From: a virus
Taxonomy: Duplodnaviria > Caudoviricetes
DNA length: 64,000 nucleotides
IMG/VR virus record: IMGVR_UViG_3300033463_000029
Coordinates: 71,164-135,163 of that record
Strand: one strand, 5' to 3'
The position numbers and the translations under genes are program-made. A model generated the notes under the pieces. That model was not told the DNA's origin. It did not search any database and saw only the letters and a list, made by a program, of their open reading frames with translations. Positions 48,563-58,917 of this stretch are shown one piece after another. Numbering within the stretch: the stretch's first letter is position 1; each line of letters starts with the position of its first letter.

Positions 48563-49591
48563 TTATGAATTAAGAAAAGACGATACAATCTCAAACCTTT
48601 TTTTCTTCGCTTCCGGAAATCTGTAAAACTTCTTCTTATTCTTTCCATCAAAAGAAATGAGAAGTATTCTTAATATATTCTTATACACTTCGTTTCTTTT
48701 ACAAACAAAACCAACGGTCGAATTCAAATATTCATAAGAAACATCTCCGAAATATCCGCACATCGGTGGAAGAAGATCTTCTGGTTCAAATACAGTTGTA
48801 GAAAAAATGTCGGTTTTGTTTATATAGGAAAGAAATAGTTCCTGAATCCTATCACAGTAGTCGGATTTCGAGCTAACCGCATTTCTTAAATCTTCATCCG
48901 TTATAACCTTTATAAAATCTTCAATTATCACGTCTCTATAAATTAGTTTTGTAGATCTTTCAATCTCGGCGGAGGAATCGTTCAACCTAACAATAAAGCG
49001 TAATTTTCCGGATGAAATTACAATACCCTCGATGTCATCTATATTATTTCCGGAAAACGTAGATTCTCCACACAATGATTTTATAACATTATAATTTGTG
49101 TCATCCGGAAAGATTGAATCTGGAAGACCATTAAATGTCTTTATTATTGGATATCCGGATACACTAAAATTTCCGAAGCCACATTCTCCAACATATGAAA
49201 GCAGATCGCTGATATTGTTCAGCGACTTATCATTTGTATAAAAATCCGACAAAATAAACACAGGTCTAGAATATGAAGAATATGTTATCTGCTTCGTTTT
49301 GTTAACCGGAAGATAAAAAAATCCAATCATGCATCCACCAAACGCTTCATAAAATTCCAAATGAGAAGCTGGATTGAATCTTTCTGCAAAATCAAGGATT
49401 TCTTTATTTACAGAATTTACAATACAGTCAGATTTTCCAATAGGACGACCCTTAGAATTAAGTATGGAAAAGCTTTTATCGTTTCCAACCTTAACCGTAA
49501 ACCTTATCATATCTAAAAGTTCTCTAACCTCCACGGGATGAGACTTAAGATACAATAATTCATCTTTTGTTATTTCTGAAAAATTTTTCAT
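48563..49591 (-). CDS. Hypothetical protein (weak ligase-like EGIVI motif)
   Basis: 342 aa. No clear KxDG motif seen. Confidence 0.65.
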   Translation of the reverse strand: MKNFSEITKDELLYLKSHPVEVRELLDMIRFTVKVGNDKSFSILNSKGRPIGKSDCIVNSVNKEILDFAERFNPASHLEFYEAFGGCMIGFFYLPVNKTKQITYSSYSRPVFILSDFYTNDKSLNNISDLLSYVGECGFGNFSVSGYPIIKTFNGLPDSIFPDDTNYNVIKSLCGESTFSGNNIDDIEGIVISSGKLRFIVRLNDSSAEIERSTKLIYRDVIIEDFIKVITDEDLRNAVSSKSDYCDRIQELFLSYINKTDIFSTTVFEPEDLLPPMCGYFGDVSYEYLNSTVGFVCKRNEVYKNILRILLISFDGKNKKKFYRFPEAKKKRFEIVSSFLNS

Positions 49592-49592
49592 A

Positions 49593-51269
49593 TTAAATTA
49601 CGCTCAATACGCTGTATCCGTATGGTTTTTCTACGCTAAGATGAACATCGAAAAGATTTTCATCAAGCGTCGTGTGACTAACTATAAAAATGTTCATTCC
49701 CATGCTCTTTGAAAGTTCCTTCAGATATTTTATGACATCTGTCGAGCTCTCATAATCAAGAGACGATACTGTCTCATCAAGACAAACCAAATTTATCTGA
49801 GGATATTTTCTCTTAAGCATCTTCAATATTGCACAAAGGACAGTGAGGTCAACCTTCTTGTGCTCGCCGGTGGAAAGGCTTTGTGGTGTTATTTCTCCTG
49901 TTACGTCCTGAAGATGGGCATCAAACATCGCATCAAACTCAAGAGTGTATGGGAAACCGAGAGCCTTCAGCGTTTCAGCGACTTCCTCATTAAGAGTTGG
50001 AATGTAATTGTTCATGAGGTCCTGCTTTATTCCGTCGGCAGAATACAATTCCTCCATCACGCTTAAAATCTCCATCTTATCGTTTGAATCCTTAAGAGAT
50101 TTTTCAAGATTCGCCTTACTTTCTTCTGTCGTTTTTATTATATTACGTATAGAGTTGGCTTCACTTGAACTTTTTATAACCGCCTCGATTGTCCTATATT
50201 CAACAAGAAGCTCCTGATATTTAGTGTTTATCTTTGTTATGTTGTTATTAAGTTCAGTGAGCAGAGATTCATACGATTTCTTCGATTCATTTATGGTTTC
50301 GACTTTCTTTGTTAAATCGTCTATATACACAAGAACATCGTTTTTCTGTTTTTCAAGAGCCTGTTTCAAATCAGCAAACGCCTCACTATTAAATGAAGTT
50401 CCACACGTTGGACACTTATCCTGATTGAAAAGATTTATTTTCTGCTGTATTGTATTCAATTCAACATTCTTTTGGTATATCAGCTGCTTGAGTTGATTTT
50501 CTGATAAAACAAGCTCATTATATTTCGCATAGTGGTCCGAATACAGTTTTGTATGTTTCTGATATAAATCCGAAACCGTTGCGAGCTTTGTCTGAAGTTC
50601 AGCAAGTTTATCCTGAGAACCCGGCTGACCAGACGAAAGAGATTCAAGTTCAGCAGTTGATGTCTTTATCATCTGGTCCAACGTAAACATCTGGCTATTG
50701 CTGGAGTTTATCTCGTTTCCGAGATCGCGCATATCTTTCTTAACAAGCTCATAGACCTTGTTGATTATTTCGAGCGAGAAAATCTTGTCGATGATAGCAC
50801 GCTTATCTGCCGGTGTCATAGATATGAACGACTTGAAATTATTCAAAGAAAGCGTCATAACATTGGCAAAGATATGATACGGCATACCGTCAAGGACATC
50901 GTCTTCTATAATGTCCTGTATGCTCTTTATGCCAGCTTTATCAATCTGCTCCCCGTTCTTGAAAAGCGTAAGCCCTGATGGAGAAAACGTGCGTTCTATT
51001 ATATAAAGGTCTTTTCCTTTCTTTATAGTTCCACGAATCCATCCTTTTTTGTTTATTCTGTTTGCGATTGCAGTCACACTGACATTTCTACCATCAGATC
51101 CTTCTGTCTTTCCAAACAAAAGGAGTTTTGGTATAGTCAAAAGACTACTCTTTCCGGATCCGCTTCTACCGGAAAGCTGCCACAGCTTTGCATCCTCCCC
51201 GAAATCTATGGTAGTTACATCGTCACCATATGAGAATATGTTTTTCCACTCTAATTTCAATATCTTCAT
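49593..51269 (-). CDS. Recombination ATPase (gp46/SbcC/Rad50-like)
   Basis: Walker A GRSGSGKSS, coiled coil, Zn hook CPTCG, signature LSTGE, LDETVSSLD and VSH. Confidence 0.93.
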   Translation of the reverse strand: MKILKLEWKNIFSYGDDVTTIDFGEDAKLWQLSGRSGSGKSSLLTIPKLLLFGKTEGSDGRNVSVTAIANRINKKGWIRGTIKKGKDLYIIERTFSPSGLTLFKNGEQIDKAGIKSIQDIIEDDVLDGMPYHIFANVMTLSLNNFKSFISMTPADKRAIIDKIFSLEIINKVYELVKKDMRDLGNEINSSNSQMFTLDQMIKTSTAELESLSSGQPGSQDKLAELQTKLATVSDLYQKHTKLYSDHYAKYNELVLSENQLKQLIYQKNVELNTIQQKINLFNQDKCPTCGTSFNSEAFADLKQALEKQKNDVLVYIDDLTKKVETINESKKSYESLLTELNNNITKINTKYQELLVEYRTIEAVIKSSSEANSIRNIIKTTEESKANLEKSLKDSNDKMEILSVMEELYSADGIKQDLMNNYIPTLNEEVAETLKALGFPYTLEFDAMFDAHLQDVTGEITPQSLSTGEHKKVDLTVLCAILKMLKRKYPQINLVCLDETVSSLDYESSTDVIKYLKELSKSMGMNIFIVSHTTLDENLFDVHLSVEKPYGYSVLSVI

Positions 51270-52378
51270 TGTGCAAGTTCCTCCTCAGCTCTTTTTATAT
51301 ACTCTTTGTTAAACGCAAAGAGAGTTTCTTTAAAATCGTTTCCAACCTCACGCTCAGAAACCTTCTCCTCGAATATGTCATACAGCGTAGCGTCTTTTTT
51401 CACCGTGCGTTCCTCTTTGTCAGAGTCTGGCTTTTTAACACTCTTTTCAACAAATTCAAGCTTTCTTGGGCACAGTGTCTGAAGAGACTCAGACAACTTA
51501 TTCACGTTAACCTTTTTAAACTGACCGTGCTCAAATAGAATTTTCACATAGTTGTTTTTTATGAATGCCCATTTTTCCAAATCTGATCCATAATCATTAT
51601 ATTCGACAACATACTGGCGAGGTGAATATGTGTTTTCGTGAAATTCTCTAACAATCTCATTCGAGTCATTAACATAAAATGTATATATACCTTTTATGTT
51701 TCCCATATCTTCAATTGTTATCTCATATGGAGAACCAAAATACAATGCCTTTTTGGATTCCTGCCTTTTGTGAATGTGCCCCGACAAAATCCTGCAATCA
51801 TCACCGAGAACACTTACATTCAAACCGCCTGTTATTTGTCTTCCATTGTCATATGACATTCCTGATATCTCCGTATGGAAAACTAAGAAATCGTACTTAT
51901 CTTTATATTTTGTTATAATCTTGTTTTCCTTTGACGGATCGCCTACCCAAGAATTCAGCATAAACGTGCGTTCGTTCTTTATAGAAAGAACAAGTTTATC
52001 CTTAATGATGTCTATGTTCTTATAATGATCTATAACCCGAAGCGACGTTGTGCCGGTATCATTCTTTTTATAGATATCATGATTTCCTATCATAACATAA
52101 ACCGGCAATATCTCAGCTATCTTAAGCATCGTATCAGTTGCCTTGTTCATAACGTCAATATCAACAGTGTTTCTGTTATCGAAATAGTCACCCGCAAAAA
52201 CAACAACAGGATTTCTCTTTTTGATAATCTCATTATTGATTAGAGGTATAAAAAAGTTATCAAAATAATCTACTATATCTTGATTCCAATCTAAAGAAGT
52301 TCGCTTCTTGTCGAAGTGAACGTCAGAGATGAAAATTATTTCATCAACATTTGGTAAGTTTGCTGTTCTTATTGCCAT
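51266..52378 (-). CDS. Recombination nuclease (gp47/SbcD/Mre11-like)
   Basis: SDVHF, AGDYFDNR, GNHD, SGHIH and GSPYE. Adjacent to gp46. Confidence 0.92.
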   Translation of the reverse strand: MAIRTANLPNVDEIIFISDVHFDKKRTSLDWNQDIVDYFDNFFIPLINNEIIKKRNPVVVFAGDYFDNRNTVDIDVMNKATDTMLKIAEILPVYVMIGNHDIYKKNDTGTTSLRVIDHYKNIDIIKDKLVLSIKNERTFMLNSWVGDPSKENKIITKYKDKYDFLVFHTEISGMSYDNGRQITGGLNVSVLGDDCRILSGHIHKRQESKKALYFGSPYEITIEDMGNIKGIYTFYVNDSNEIVREFHENTYSPRQYVVEYNDYGSDLEKWAFIKNNYVKILFEHGQFKKVNVNKLSESLQTLCPRKLEFVEKSVKKPDSDKEERTVKKDATLYDIFEEKVSEREVGNDFKETLFAFNKEYIKRAEEELAQ

Positions 52379-52839
52379 TAGAAAAGTTTTTTAGATTGTG
52401 ATACGTGTTTATCAAGTCCGTTTTGTTCTTCTATGAGTTCTAGAATCGCCGCCTTATCTTCAAGAGTTATAACATCCTTATACAGAGTCCTGTAATTAAA
52501 ATCGAAGAATTCAGCAATTGCACAGAAAATCTGTATTATATTAAACTCGTCGTACTTTGTAAGAACATCCTTAAAGTGATAATAGATTTTGAACATATCG
52601 CGGCGTTCAATTTTTCCGGATGAATCTTTATACTTCTCATAGAATTCAGAATTTTCATAAGCCTGCGATAATATGTCTCGCAGTCTTCTCTCAGTATACA
52701 GATCCTCTATATTTTCGCTCGTGCTTTCTTCAAATCTGCTTGCAAATATAGGGTCTATCGCGACAGCATTTTGGGTTAACCGTTCTGTTCCATATTCGGT
52801 ATTATCAAAACTATTATTAAAAATTTTATCCTCAACCAT
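52378..52839 (-). CDS. Hypothetical protein (possibly gp33-like late co-activator)
   Basis: The ORF is well supported, but the functional resemblance is weak (size and helical C-terminus only). Confidence 0.5.
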   Translation of the reverse strand: MVEDKIFNNSFDNTEYGTERLTQNAVAIDPIFASRFEESTSENIEDLYTERRLRDILSQAYENSEFYEKYKDSSGKIERRDMFKIYYHFKDVLTKYDEFNIIQIFCAIAEFFDFNYRTLYKDVITLEDKAAILELIEEQNGLDKHVSQSKKLF

Positions 52840-52857
52840 AGCTGGGTATGATTACTT

Positions 52858-54435
52858 TTATTCAGGTAGGAACAAACCCTTCCCGGTTATTTTTATGAGT
52901 GGTGTTATTACATTATTCTGAACTTGCTGTTGTGGTTGTGTAGTTCCGCCATTATTGAAAAGGTCTATTCCTTGTGAAAATTCATCTTGCTGTGGTATAA
53001 CAGCAACCGGGGAACCTTGCTCGAACTGCGGTTTTGAATCCGTCTGAACAGTATATGTTGCCTTTCCCGGAGTTTTTGTTTGAGGGAACACAACACTCAT
53101 TTCCTCAACACCGGTGTTAGGATCTTCTGTTATGCGAAGATAATTAAAATCACAATTGAAGCGTTTTCTTTTATTCGCCTGAGGAGAAACGCGGTCATAT
53201 ATGCATTTCAAGAAATAGAACCCCTGAGCCATCATGAGTGCATCTGCAATTATACCGAACATCGCATCGACCGTGGCGCCAAGCGCAGATGATTCGGAAA
53301 CCTGATTTGCATTAACGTCGTTAGTGTCAAACTGCGTTCTGTTTGTCTGCGTAGCAGTTATTATCGCCCATCCGTTTTTGGTACCCATAGCACGCAAGTC
53401 TTCAGCAAGCTGCTTGATTTTCATATAAGTGTTCTCTGTGTTTGGGTTCCTGTAATTCTTCATAATGTTGATATAATCAACAAATATGTTTTTGAATTTA
53501 AACGGTTTGTCCGGAGTTGACCTCCGGTCTTCTTCAGCCAGAAGAAAGCTTTCAAGTTCAATGACCGTTAATGTTGAAGTTGGAAACTCTTTGACGAGAA
53601 GTTCACCAAGAACACCCATAAAACCTCTTTTAAAGGAGTTTATTTTCTCCTTCATCATCGTTCCGTCCTCTGCGACTTTCTCATATTGTAGCGAATTGAT
53701 TGAAAACATATTCGAACCAATTCTCGATGTTACCATTTCTTCTGGAAGCTCCAACGTTATGTATGCTGAGTTATGTCCCATTTTAACGGATTCCGCACAA
53801 AGGTTCTGAAGCCAAAGTGACTTACCAATCTTAGGCGCACCGACAAAACAAGCCAAACAACCGTCGAACCACCCGCCATTCAAACACATGTCGATAAACG
53901 GGAATCCGCTTGAACGCCTCTTTAATTTTTTCTGACGATGCGATTCTGCATCCCAGAAGTCCGAACCGTGATCTACAGTATCGGCAAATTCTATAACACA
54001 TGTTTGGTTGAACATAGTTTTTATATGCTCAACCATCTCCTTTGCCTTTCCGCTTTCCATGCTTTCTTGATTTAACTTCAAGTATGCTGCGGCATCATAT
54101 ATTGCTTTCTTTACATTCTCTATAATTGCCCAATTCGTTGTTTCATCATAAAGCCAATCCTCTCCGTATGTATCAAGCATCTGCTTCTGAGAATACAACG
54201 CATCAACAATATCATCGGATAATTGATCGAGAACATTTTCCTGCCTTGTCAACTGCTTCATCTGATCTGCGGTTGGGGCGGAGTGATATTTAATCAAATA
54301 ATCTTTAGCAAGCTTGAATGCAATTTGAACAGGCTTCGCAAAAAAGAAATCCGGTTCGAACTTAATAGCCAAAGACGGTTCCGATAATATATAGTGATAA
54401 TAAATGTTTTGAATGTATGTATTTGTTGTATTCAT
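52858..54435 (-). CDS. Replicative helicase (T4 gp41/DnaB-like)
   Basis: GAPKIGKSL, ITLE, KEFPT, VDYINIM, AEDLRAM, TATQTNR and SESSAL. Start set at MNTTN. Confidence 0.93.
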   Translation of the reverse strand: MNTTNTYIQNIYYHYILSEPSLAIKFEPDFFFAKPVQIAFKLAKDYLIKYHSAPTADQMKQLTRQENVLDQLSDDIVDALYSQKQMLDTYGEDWLYDETTNWAIIENVKKAIYDAAAYLKLNQESMESGKAKEMVEHIKTMFNQTCVIEFADTVDHGSDFWDAESHRQKKLKRRSSGFPFIDMCLNGGWFDGCLACFVGAPKIGKSLWLQNLCAESVKMGHNSAYITLELPEEMVTSRIGSNMFSINSLQYEKVAEDGTMMKEKINSFKRGFMGVLGELLVKEFPTSTLTVIELESFLLAEEDRRSTPDKPFKFKNIFVDYINIMKNYRNPNTENTYMKIKQLAEDLRAMGTKNGWAIITATQTNRTQFDTNDVNANQVSESSALGATVDAMFGIIADALMMAQGFYFLKCIYDRVSPQANKRKRFNCDFNYLRITEDPNTGVEEMSVVFPQTKTPGKATYTVQTDSKPQFEQGSPVAVIPQQDEFSQGIDLFNNGGTTQPQQQVQNNVITPLIKITGKGLFLPE

Positions 54436-54472
54436 TAAGTATAAAAACAAAGTATATTCGCCTTTGTGTTTG

Positions 54473-54480
54473 CAAATATA
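54473..54480 (-). promoter_or_regulatory. Bacteroidota-type -7 element TATATTTG
   Basis: Upstream of the helicase-gp47-gp46 operon. Confidence 0.7.
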
Positions 54481-54508
54481 CTGATTTTTTATTTTTTAGA
54501 AAAGTTCT

Positions 54509-54970
54509 TTATTTAAGATATATTATGTTTTGATTTGTAGAACCCCTGAATAAAGCATCTTCATCTTTCAATTCTTCTATAAAAGGACCATCAACCAAAA
54601 CATCTATTTCTCTGAGAATTGAATTTATTTTATCATCATTCATAGCGACGAGTTCATCCATCGTAAACCCAGTATATATCCATATGTTTATGTCTGGTAT
54701 CCTGTGTTTAAGTTGAGTAATGAGCTCAAGCACTTCATCTCTCCTATACATTGGGTCTCCGCCAGACAGTGTAACTTTATGATTGTCGTATTCTTCAACC
54801 AAATCTACAATTTCAGAAATCTCCATTTCTTTCCCGCCATGAAAATCCCAAGATTCAGGGTTATGACAACCCTTGCATTTGTGTGCACACCCGGCAAAAT
54901 AAACTGCGGTTCTCAAACCAGTCCCGTCGACAGCTGTATCTGGTATTATATCTAATATTCTTGTTTTCAT
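54509..54970 (-). CDS. nrdG: Anaerobic ribonucleotide reductase activase (radical SAM)
   Basis: VDGTGLR, CAHKCKGCHN, LSGGDP, VDGPF and RGSTNQ. Confidence 0.95.
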   Translation of the reverse strand: MKTRILDIIPDTAVDGTGLRTAVYFAGCAHKCKGCHNPESWDFHGGKEMEISEIVDLVEEYDNHKVTLSGGDPMYRRDEVLELITQLKHRIPDINIWIYTGFTMDELVAMNDDKINSILREIDVLVDGPFIEELKDEDALFRGSTNQNIIYLK

Positions 54971-55533
54971 AATAAAAATCTCCTTATATTACATCCTATT
55001 GTATTTCCCAACAAAACTATTCCCCAATATGCAAGAGCATCAAGAGTGAACATCTTTGAAGAGAATATGTAAAAAGGTTCTGCAATCGAATGATAAAAAC
55101 CAGATAGGATAAAAAGAGGAACGCCTATCAAAACCGGAACAGGGTTAAAGGATGGAAAGTTTTTATATATGTATACAGATACATCAACAATCAATCCGCA
55201 CATTATTGCCCGCCCCAATATCTCTAAAAATCCTTTCGACATTTTTGTCGCTTCAACGGCAGTAAGCGAATCTACATCTCCAGTAAAAATCAAAGAAATC
55301 AACAAACATCCGATTAAATTTCCAAACAAAGTTTTAACGACAAACCAAAGATCGTCTCTCTTAAATGTAGTTGAACCTACACACCCTGTATACAGTGGTG
55401 TGCCGAGACACAGTATTGTAATTAAACCGAATGAGAATAAAATCGCGCCAACAACTCCGCCGACTACGGCGTAAGCCCACGCACCGGCAGAAATGAGCAC
55501 GCCGGATAAAATTGCTCTAGCAAACTGTTTCAT
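54967..55533 (-). CDS. Formate/nitrite transporter (FNT/FocA family)
   Basis: AILSG, FSFGL...LYTG, GNLIG, AIMCG, SGFYHSIA and LGNTIG. Start reassigned to MKQFAR. Confidence 0.85.
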   Translation of the reverse strand: MKQFARAILSGVLISAGAWAYAVVGGVVGAILFSFGLITILCLGTPLYTGCVGSTTFKRDDLWFVVKTLFGNLIGCLLISLIFTGDVDSLTAVEATKMSKGFLEILGRAIMCGLIVDVSVYIYKNFPSFNPVPVLIGVPLFILSGFYHSIAEPFYIFSSKMFTLDALAYWGIVLLGNTIGCNIRRFLL

Positions 55534-55537
55534 TTTG

Positions 55538-55545
55538 CAAATATA
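55538..55545 (-). promoter_or_regulatory. Bacteroidota-type -7 element TATATTTG
   Basis: 4 nt before the FNT ATG. Confidence 0.7.
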
Positions 55546-55557
55546 CAGAAAATATTT

Positions 55558-55586
55558 GAAAAATAGAGCCTCTATGAAAGAGGCTC
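55558..55586 (-). terminator. Terminator after nrdD
   Basis: Stem gagcctct/agaggctc. Confidence 0.65.
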
Positions 55587-55591
55587 GTTTT

Positions 55592-57907
55592 TTATTTTTG
55601 AACTTCGTGCTGAATTCTGTCTTTGAACTCTGCTTGTTTTCCTGAGTTCCACCTGTCGACAGTAGAAACAAGATATCCTGTTATTCTTTGTAGAACAGAC
55701 ACGTTTTTGCTTCCACAAACCGGACAATACTTTTCTCCGTTTTCATCAACTGGAAATTCTTTTACGCTTTCGTGACAGCAATGGTCGCATCTTGCTACAT
55801 TATGGTTAAAGCTTCCGTAACCGATGTCATATTTGTCCATAAGGTCAACTATATTCATAACGGCTTCCGGATTCTTTTCAAGTTCACCATCGAGCTCAAC
55901 GTAAAAAATGTGACCGGCCGGAGTAATCTTATGATAAGGAGCCTCGACTTCAGCTTTGTGTTTCGCTGAGCAGTGATACCAAACCGGAACGTGATTTGAG
56001 TTTGTATAATAATCCTTGTCAGTCACTCCTTTTATCTCTCCGTATTCCTTCTTGTCCACCTTAGTAAACTTTCCAGAAAGACCCTCAGCTGGTGTAGCAA
56101 AACAGCTATAATTGTGATTATACTTCTCTGAAAACTCCTTGCATCTTTTATCTATTAAAGAAACAATTTCAAGACCAAGCTTCTGAGCGTATTCTGATTC
56201 TCCATGATGTTTCCCAACAAGAGCAACTAAGGTCTCAGCAAGACCAATAAATCCAACACCCAAAGTGCCATGCTTAATGACTGGTTCAATTGTATCTTCC
56301 GGATCAAGTTTATCCGAACCGTTCCAGAGACCGCTCATAAGCAAAGGGAACTGCTTAGCCTTTGCTGTAGATTGGAATTGATATCTTTCATCAAGTTGCT
56401 TAGCTACTATATCGAGAGCTTTGTTCAGCTCATCAAAGAATAACGATATTGTTTCTCTCTGAATATCTTTCTCAAGCACATCAGAAACGGAATGTTCGTC
56501 ATATATACTTACAATCTTTCCGTCCTTTTCATAAAGAGATGCAGTTGCCAAAGCAGCTTCAATTGCAAGCTTCGGAAGATTTATCGTGGTAAACGAAAGA
56601 TTACCCCTTCCGATTGATGTTGGATATTCGCCAAACCTATTTCCATAAACTCTTGTTCTGCAACCCATCGTTGCGACTTCGTGCACATATCTCTTTGGAT
56701 CATTTTTATCCCACAGCGGGTCAACATTATATGACGCATCAAGATTCAAGAAATTCGGGAAAAATCTTCTTGCAGAAACCTTACATGCGAGTTTATACAA
56801 ATCATAATTTGGATCTTCAGGAAGATAGCTAACGCCGCGCTTTTTCTTCCAAATCTGGATAGGGAAAATTGCTGTGCTTCCATTGCCTACACCTTCGTAT
56901 GTCGAATTTAAAATTTCCCTTATAACGCAGCGTCCTTCTGCCGACGTGTCGGTTCCATAGTTAACGGAGCTAAATACGACCTGATTTCCGCCACGGCTAT
57001 GTATCTGATTCATATTATGAATAAACGCCTCCATAGCCTGATGGACTCTGTTAACGGTTTCGTTTATAGCGTGCTGCTTCCATCTTTCATCACCAGACAG
57101 CCCATCAAGTGACTTTACAATATAATCATCGATTTCTGCGTCTTTAAGGTTACTATGATCAATTCCGTGTAAAGCTGATATCTTATCAATCTCCTCTTTG
57201 TATGTAGCCCTAACATAAGGAGCAAGATAAAAATCAAACGCAGGAATAGCCTGACCTCCATGCATTTCATTCTGAACAGTCTCCATAGATATACAAGCTA
57301 TGATTGCTGCCGTCTCGATTCTCTTCGGAGCTCTGGACTCTCCATGCCCTGCTCTGAATCCATTTTCGAATATCCTGTCAAGCGGGTGCTGAATACAGGT
57401 TAAACTTTTTGTTGGATAGTAATCTTTGTCATGAATATGAACTATATTGTTGTCTACATATTCTTTGACATCTTCTGAAATAAGATAATTGTCTACAAAG
57501 GTCTTTGTCGTTTCACTCGCAAACTTCATCATCATTCCGGCTGGCGTGTCAGCGTTCATGTTTGCGTTCTCTCTGGTTATGTCATTTGCCTTTGTAGCCA
57601 CAATCTCATCAAACATAACCTTTGTCTTCGATTGTCTTGCCACGTCTCTTCTGTGGCGTTCTTTTACGTATTCACGGGCTGCGTCTTTTCTAGTTGAACT
57701 CATCAGTCTTTTTTCAACGATATCGTGAATTTCCTCAACTGATAACTGTTTTACATTTTTGCTTTCAACGTAGTCAATGATCTTTTCAATAATTTCTTCA
57801 TCAACCCCCTTCTTTGTCCTTTGCATCGCAAGAGCGACAGCCTTTCTAATTTTCTCAGCGTCAAATTCAACAATTCGACCATCCCGCTTAATTACAGTTT
57901 CTAACAT
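55592..57907 (-). CDS. nrdD: Class III (anaerobic) ribonucleotide reductase with ATP cone
   Basis: VIKRDG ATP cone, ENAN, IHIHDKDY, MGCRT, TPAEGL, YTNS, CxxC/CPVCG and glycyl radical motif RITGYL. Confidence 0.97.
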   Translation of the reverse strand: MLETVIKRDGRIVEFDAEKIRKAVALAMQRTKKGVDEEIIEKIIDYVESKNVKQLSVEEIHDIVEKRLMSSTRKDAAREYVKERHRRDVARQSKTKVMFDEIVATKANDITRENANMNADTPAGMMMKFASETTKTFVDNYLISEDVKEYVDNNIVHIHDKDYYPTKSLTCIQHPLDRIFENGFRAGHGESRAPKRIETAAIIACISMETVQNEMHGGQAIPAFDFYLAPYVRATYKEEIDKISALHGIDHSNLKDAEIDDYIVKSLDGLSGDERWKQHAINETVNRVHQAMEAFIHNMNQIHSRGGNQVVFSSVNYGTDTSAEGRCVIREILNSTYEGVGNGSTAIFPIQIWKKKRGVSYLPEDPNYDLYKLACKVSARRFFPNFLNLDASYNVDPLWDKNDPKRYVHEVATMGCRTRVYGNRFGEYPTSIGRGNLSFTTINLPKLAIEAALATASLYEKDGKIVSIYDEHSVSDVLEKDIQRETISLFFDELNKALDIVAKQLDERYQFQSTAKAKQFPLLMSGLWNGSDKLDPEDTIEPVIKHGTLGVGFIGLAETLVALVGKHHGESEYAQKLGLEIVSLIDKRCKEFSEKYNHNYSCFATPAEGLSGKFTKVDKKEYGEIKGVTDKDYYTNSNHVPVWYHCSAKHKAEVEAPYHKITPAGHIFYVELDGELEKNPEAVMNIVDLMDKYDIGYGSFNHNVARCDHCCHESVKEFPVDENGEKYCPVCGSKNVSVLQRITGYLVSTVDRWNSGKQAEFKDRIQHEVQK

Positions 57908-57965
57908 GAATTTTATATTATTGATTTTCTATCGTGCAACGTGCACGTCAGATTATATGGTAGTT

Positions 57966-58005
57966 TATTTATCCCTCGCGGGACAAATTGCGCGATGCAA
58001 ATATA
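57966..58005 (-). promoter_or_regulatory. Tandem host-type (TATATTTG, 57998-58005) and late-type (ATAAATA, 57966-57972) elements for nrdD
   Basis: Both motifs lie in the intergenic region, separated by a short tcgcg/cgcga inverted repeat. Confidence 0.6.
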
Positions 58006-58137
58006 CGGAAAATTCATAAGAAAAAATAAAAAACAAAGCCAGAGTGCGCTGTGTGGCATTAAAAATTTTTTCAAAAAAAATTAGGCTTCAAAATCTATCA
58101 AAAATCGAATAAATATAGAAACTTTCGTAAGAAAATA

Positions 58138-58917
58138 ATGAAATATTTCAAATACAAAGACTTAGGTGAAGCAACTCCAGAAGATGTCGATCTTTCTTCA
58201 TTTGAGTTGAAAGACGAACTAAATAAAAAATTCTGGATTGATGGTAAATTAAATAGAAGCGTTAGGGTTGACCTTTTAAAAATTACAAGAGATTTTTTGG
58301 AAAATCTTGAAATAGAAGGAATATCCATTGAAGATATTATATTCACCGGCTCATTGGCAAACTACAATTGGAACGAAGATTATTCAGACATAGACCTTCA
58401 TATAGTATTAGATTTTAAAACAATTGGAGACGACGAAGACCTTGTTAAAAAATATTTTGATGCAGTAAGAAAAAATTGGAACGATAGACATGATGAAATA
58501 AAGATACTTGGATATCCAGTTGAACTGTACGTCCAAGACATAAAAGAAAAACACACATCAAGCGGAGTATATTCAGTATTAAACGATGAATGGATTGAAA
58601 AACCATCAAAGGACAAAATAAAAAATGACAACCTCGACAACGAAAAAATTTCGACAAAAGCGGCAGAGTTAATGACTGATATAGAAGACTTAGAAACAGA
58701 ATTCGAATCAACAACAGATTACTGGGATTTATATATAAAAGCCGATGAGCTGTTCGACAAAATAAAATCAATAAGAAAAGATAATTTCACAAGCGGAAAC
58801 AAAGAAATGTCAGAAGGAAATCTAATATTCAAAACATTAAGAAGAAACGGATATCTTGAACGACTAGTTGAACTAAAAACAAAATGTTACGACAAATCAA
58901 GAAGTATAGAAAAATAG
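58138..58917 (+). CDS. Pol-beta-superfamily nucleotidyltransferase
   Basis: TGSLANYNW..YSDIDLH (GS...DxD) and PVELYVQD. ATAAATA at 58109-58115. Confidence 0.8.
   Translation: MKYFKYKDLGEATPEDVDLSSFELKDELNKKFWIDGKLNRSVRVDLLKITRDFLENLEIEGISIEDIIFTGSLANYNWNEDYSDIDLHIVLDFKTIGDDEDLVKKYFDAVRKNWNDRHDEIKILGYPVELYVQDIKEKHTSSGVYSVLNDEWIEKPSKDKIKNDNLDNEKISTKAAELMTDIEDLETEFESTTDYWDLYIKADELFDKIKSIRKDNFTSGNKEMSEGNLIFKTLRRNGYLERLVELKTKCYDKSRSIEK

Noticed and set aside
48563-49591. RNA/DNA ligase call
   Set aside because: Only an EGIVI motif is present, and the adenylation KxDG motif is not evident.
57908-58137. tRNA, riboswitch or NrdR box upstream of nrdD
   Set aside because: No cloverleaf or convincing consensus. 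Only promoter motifs and a short inverted repeat are present.
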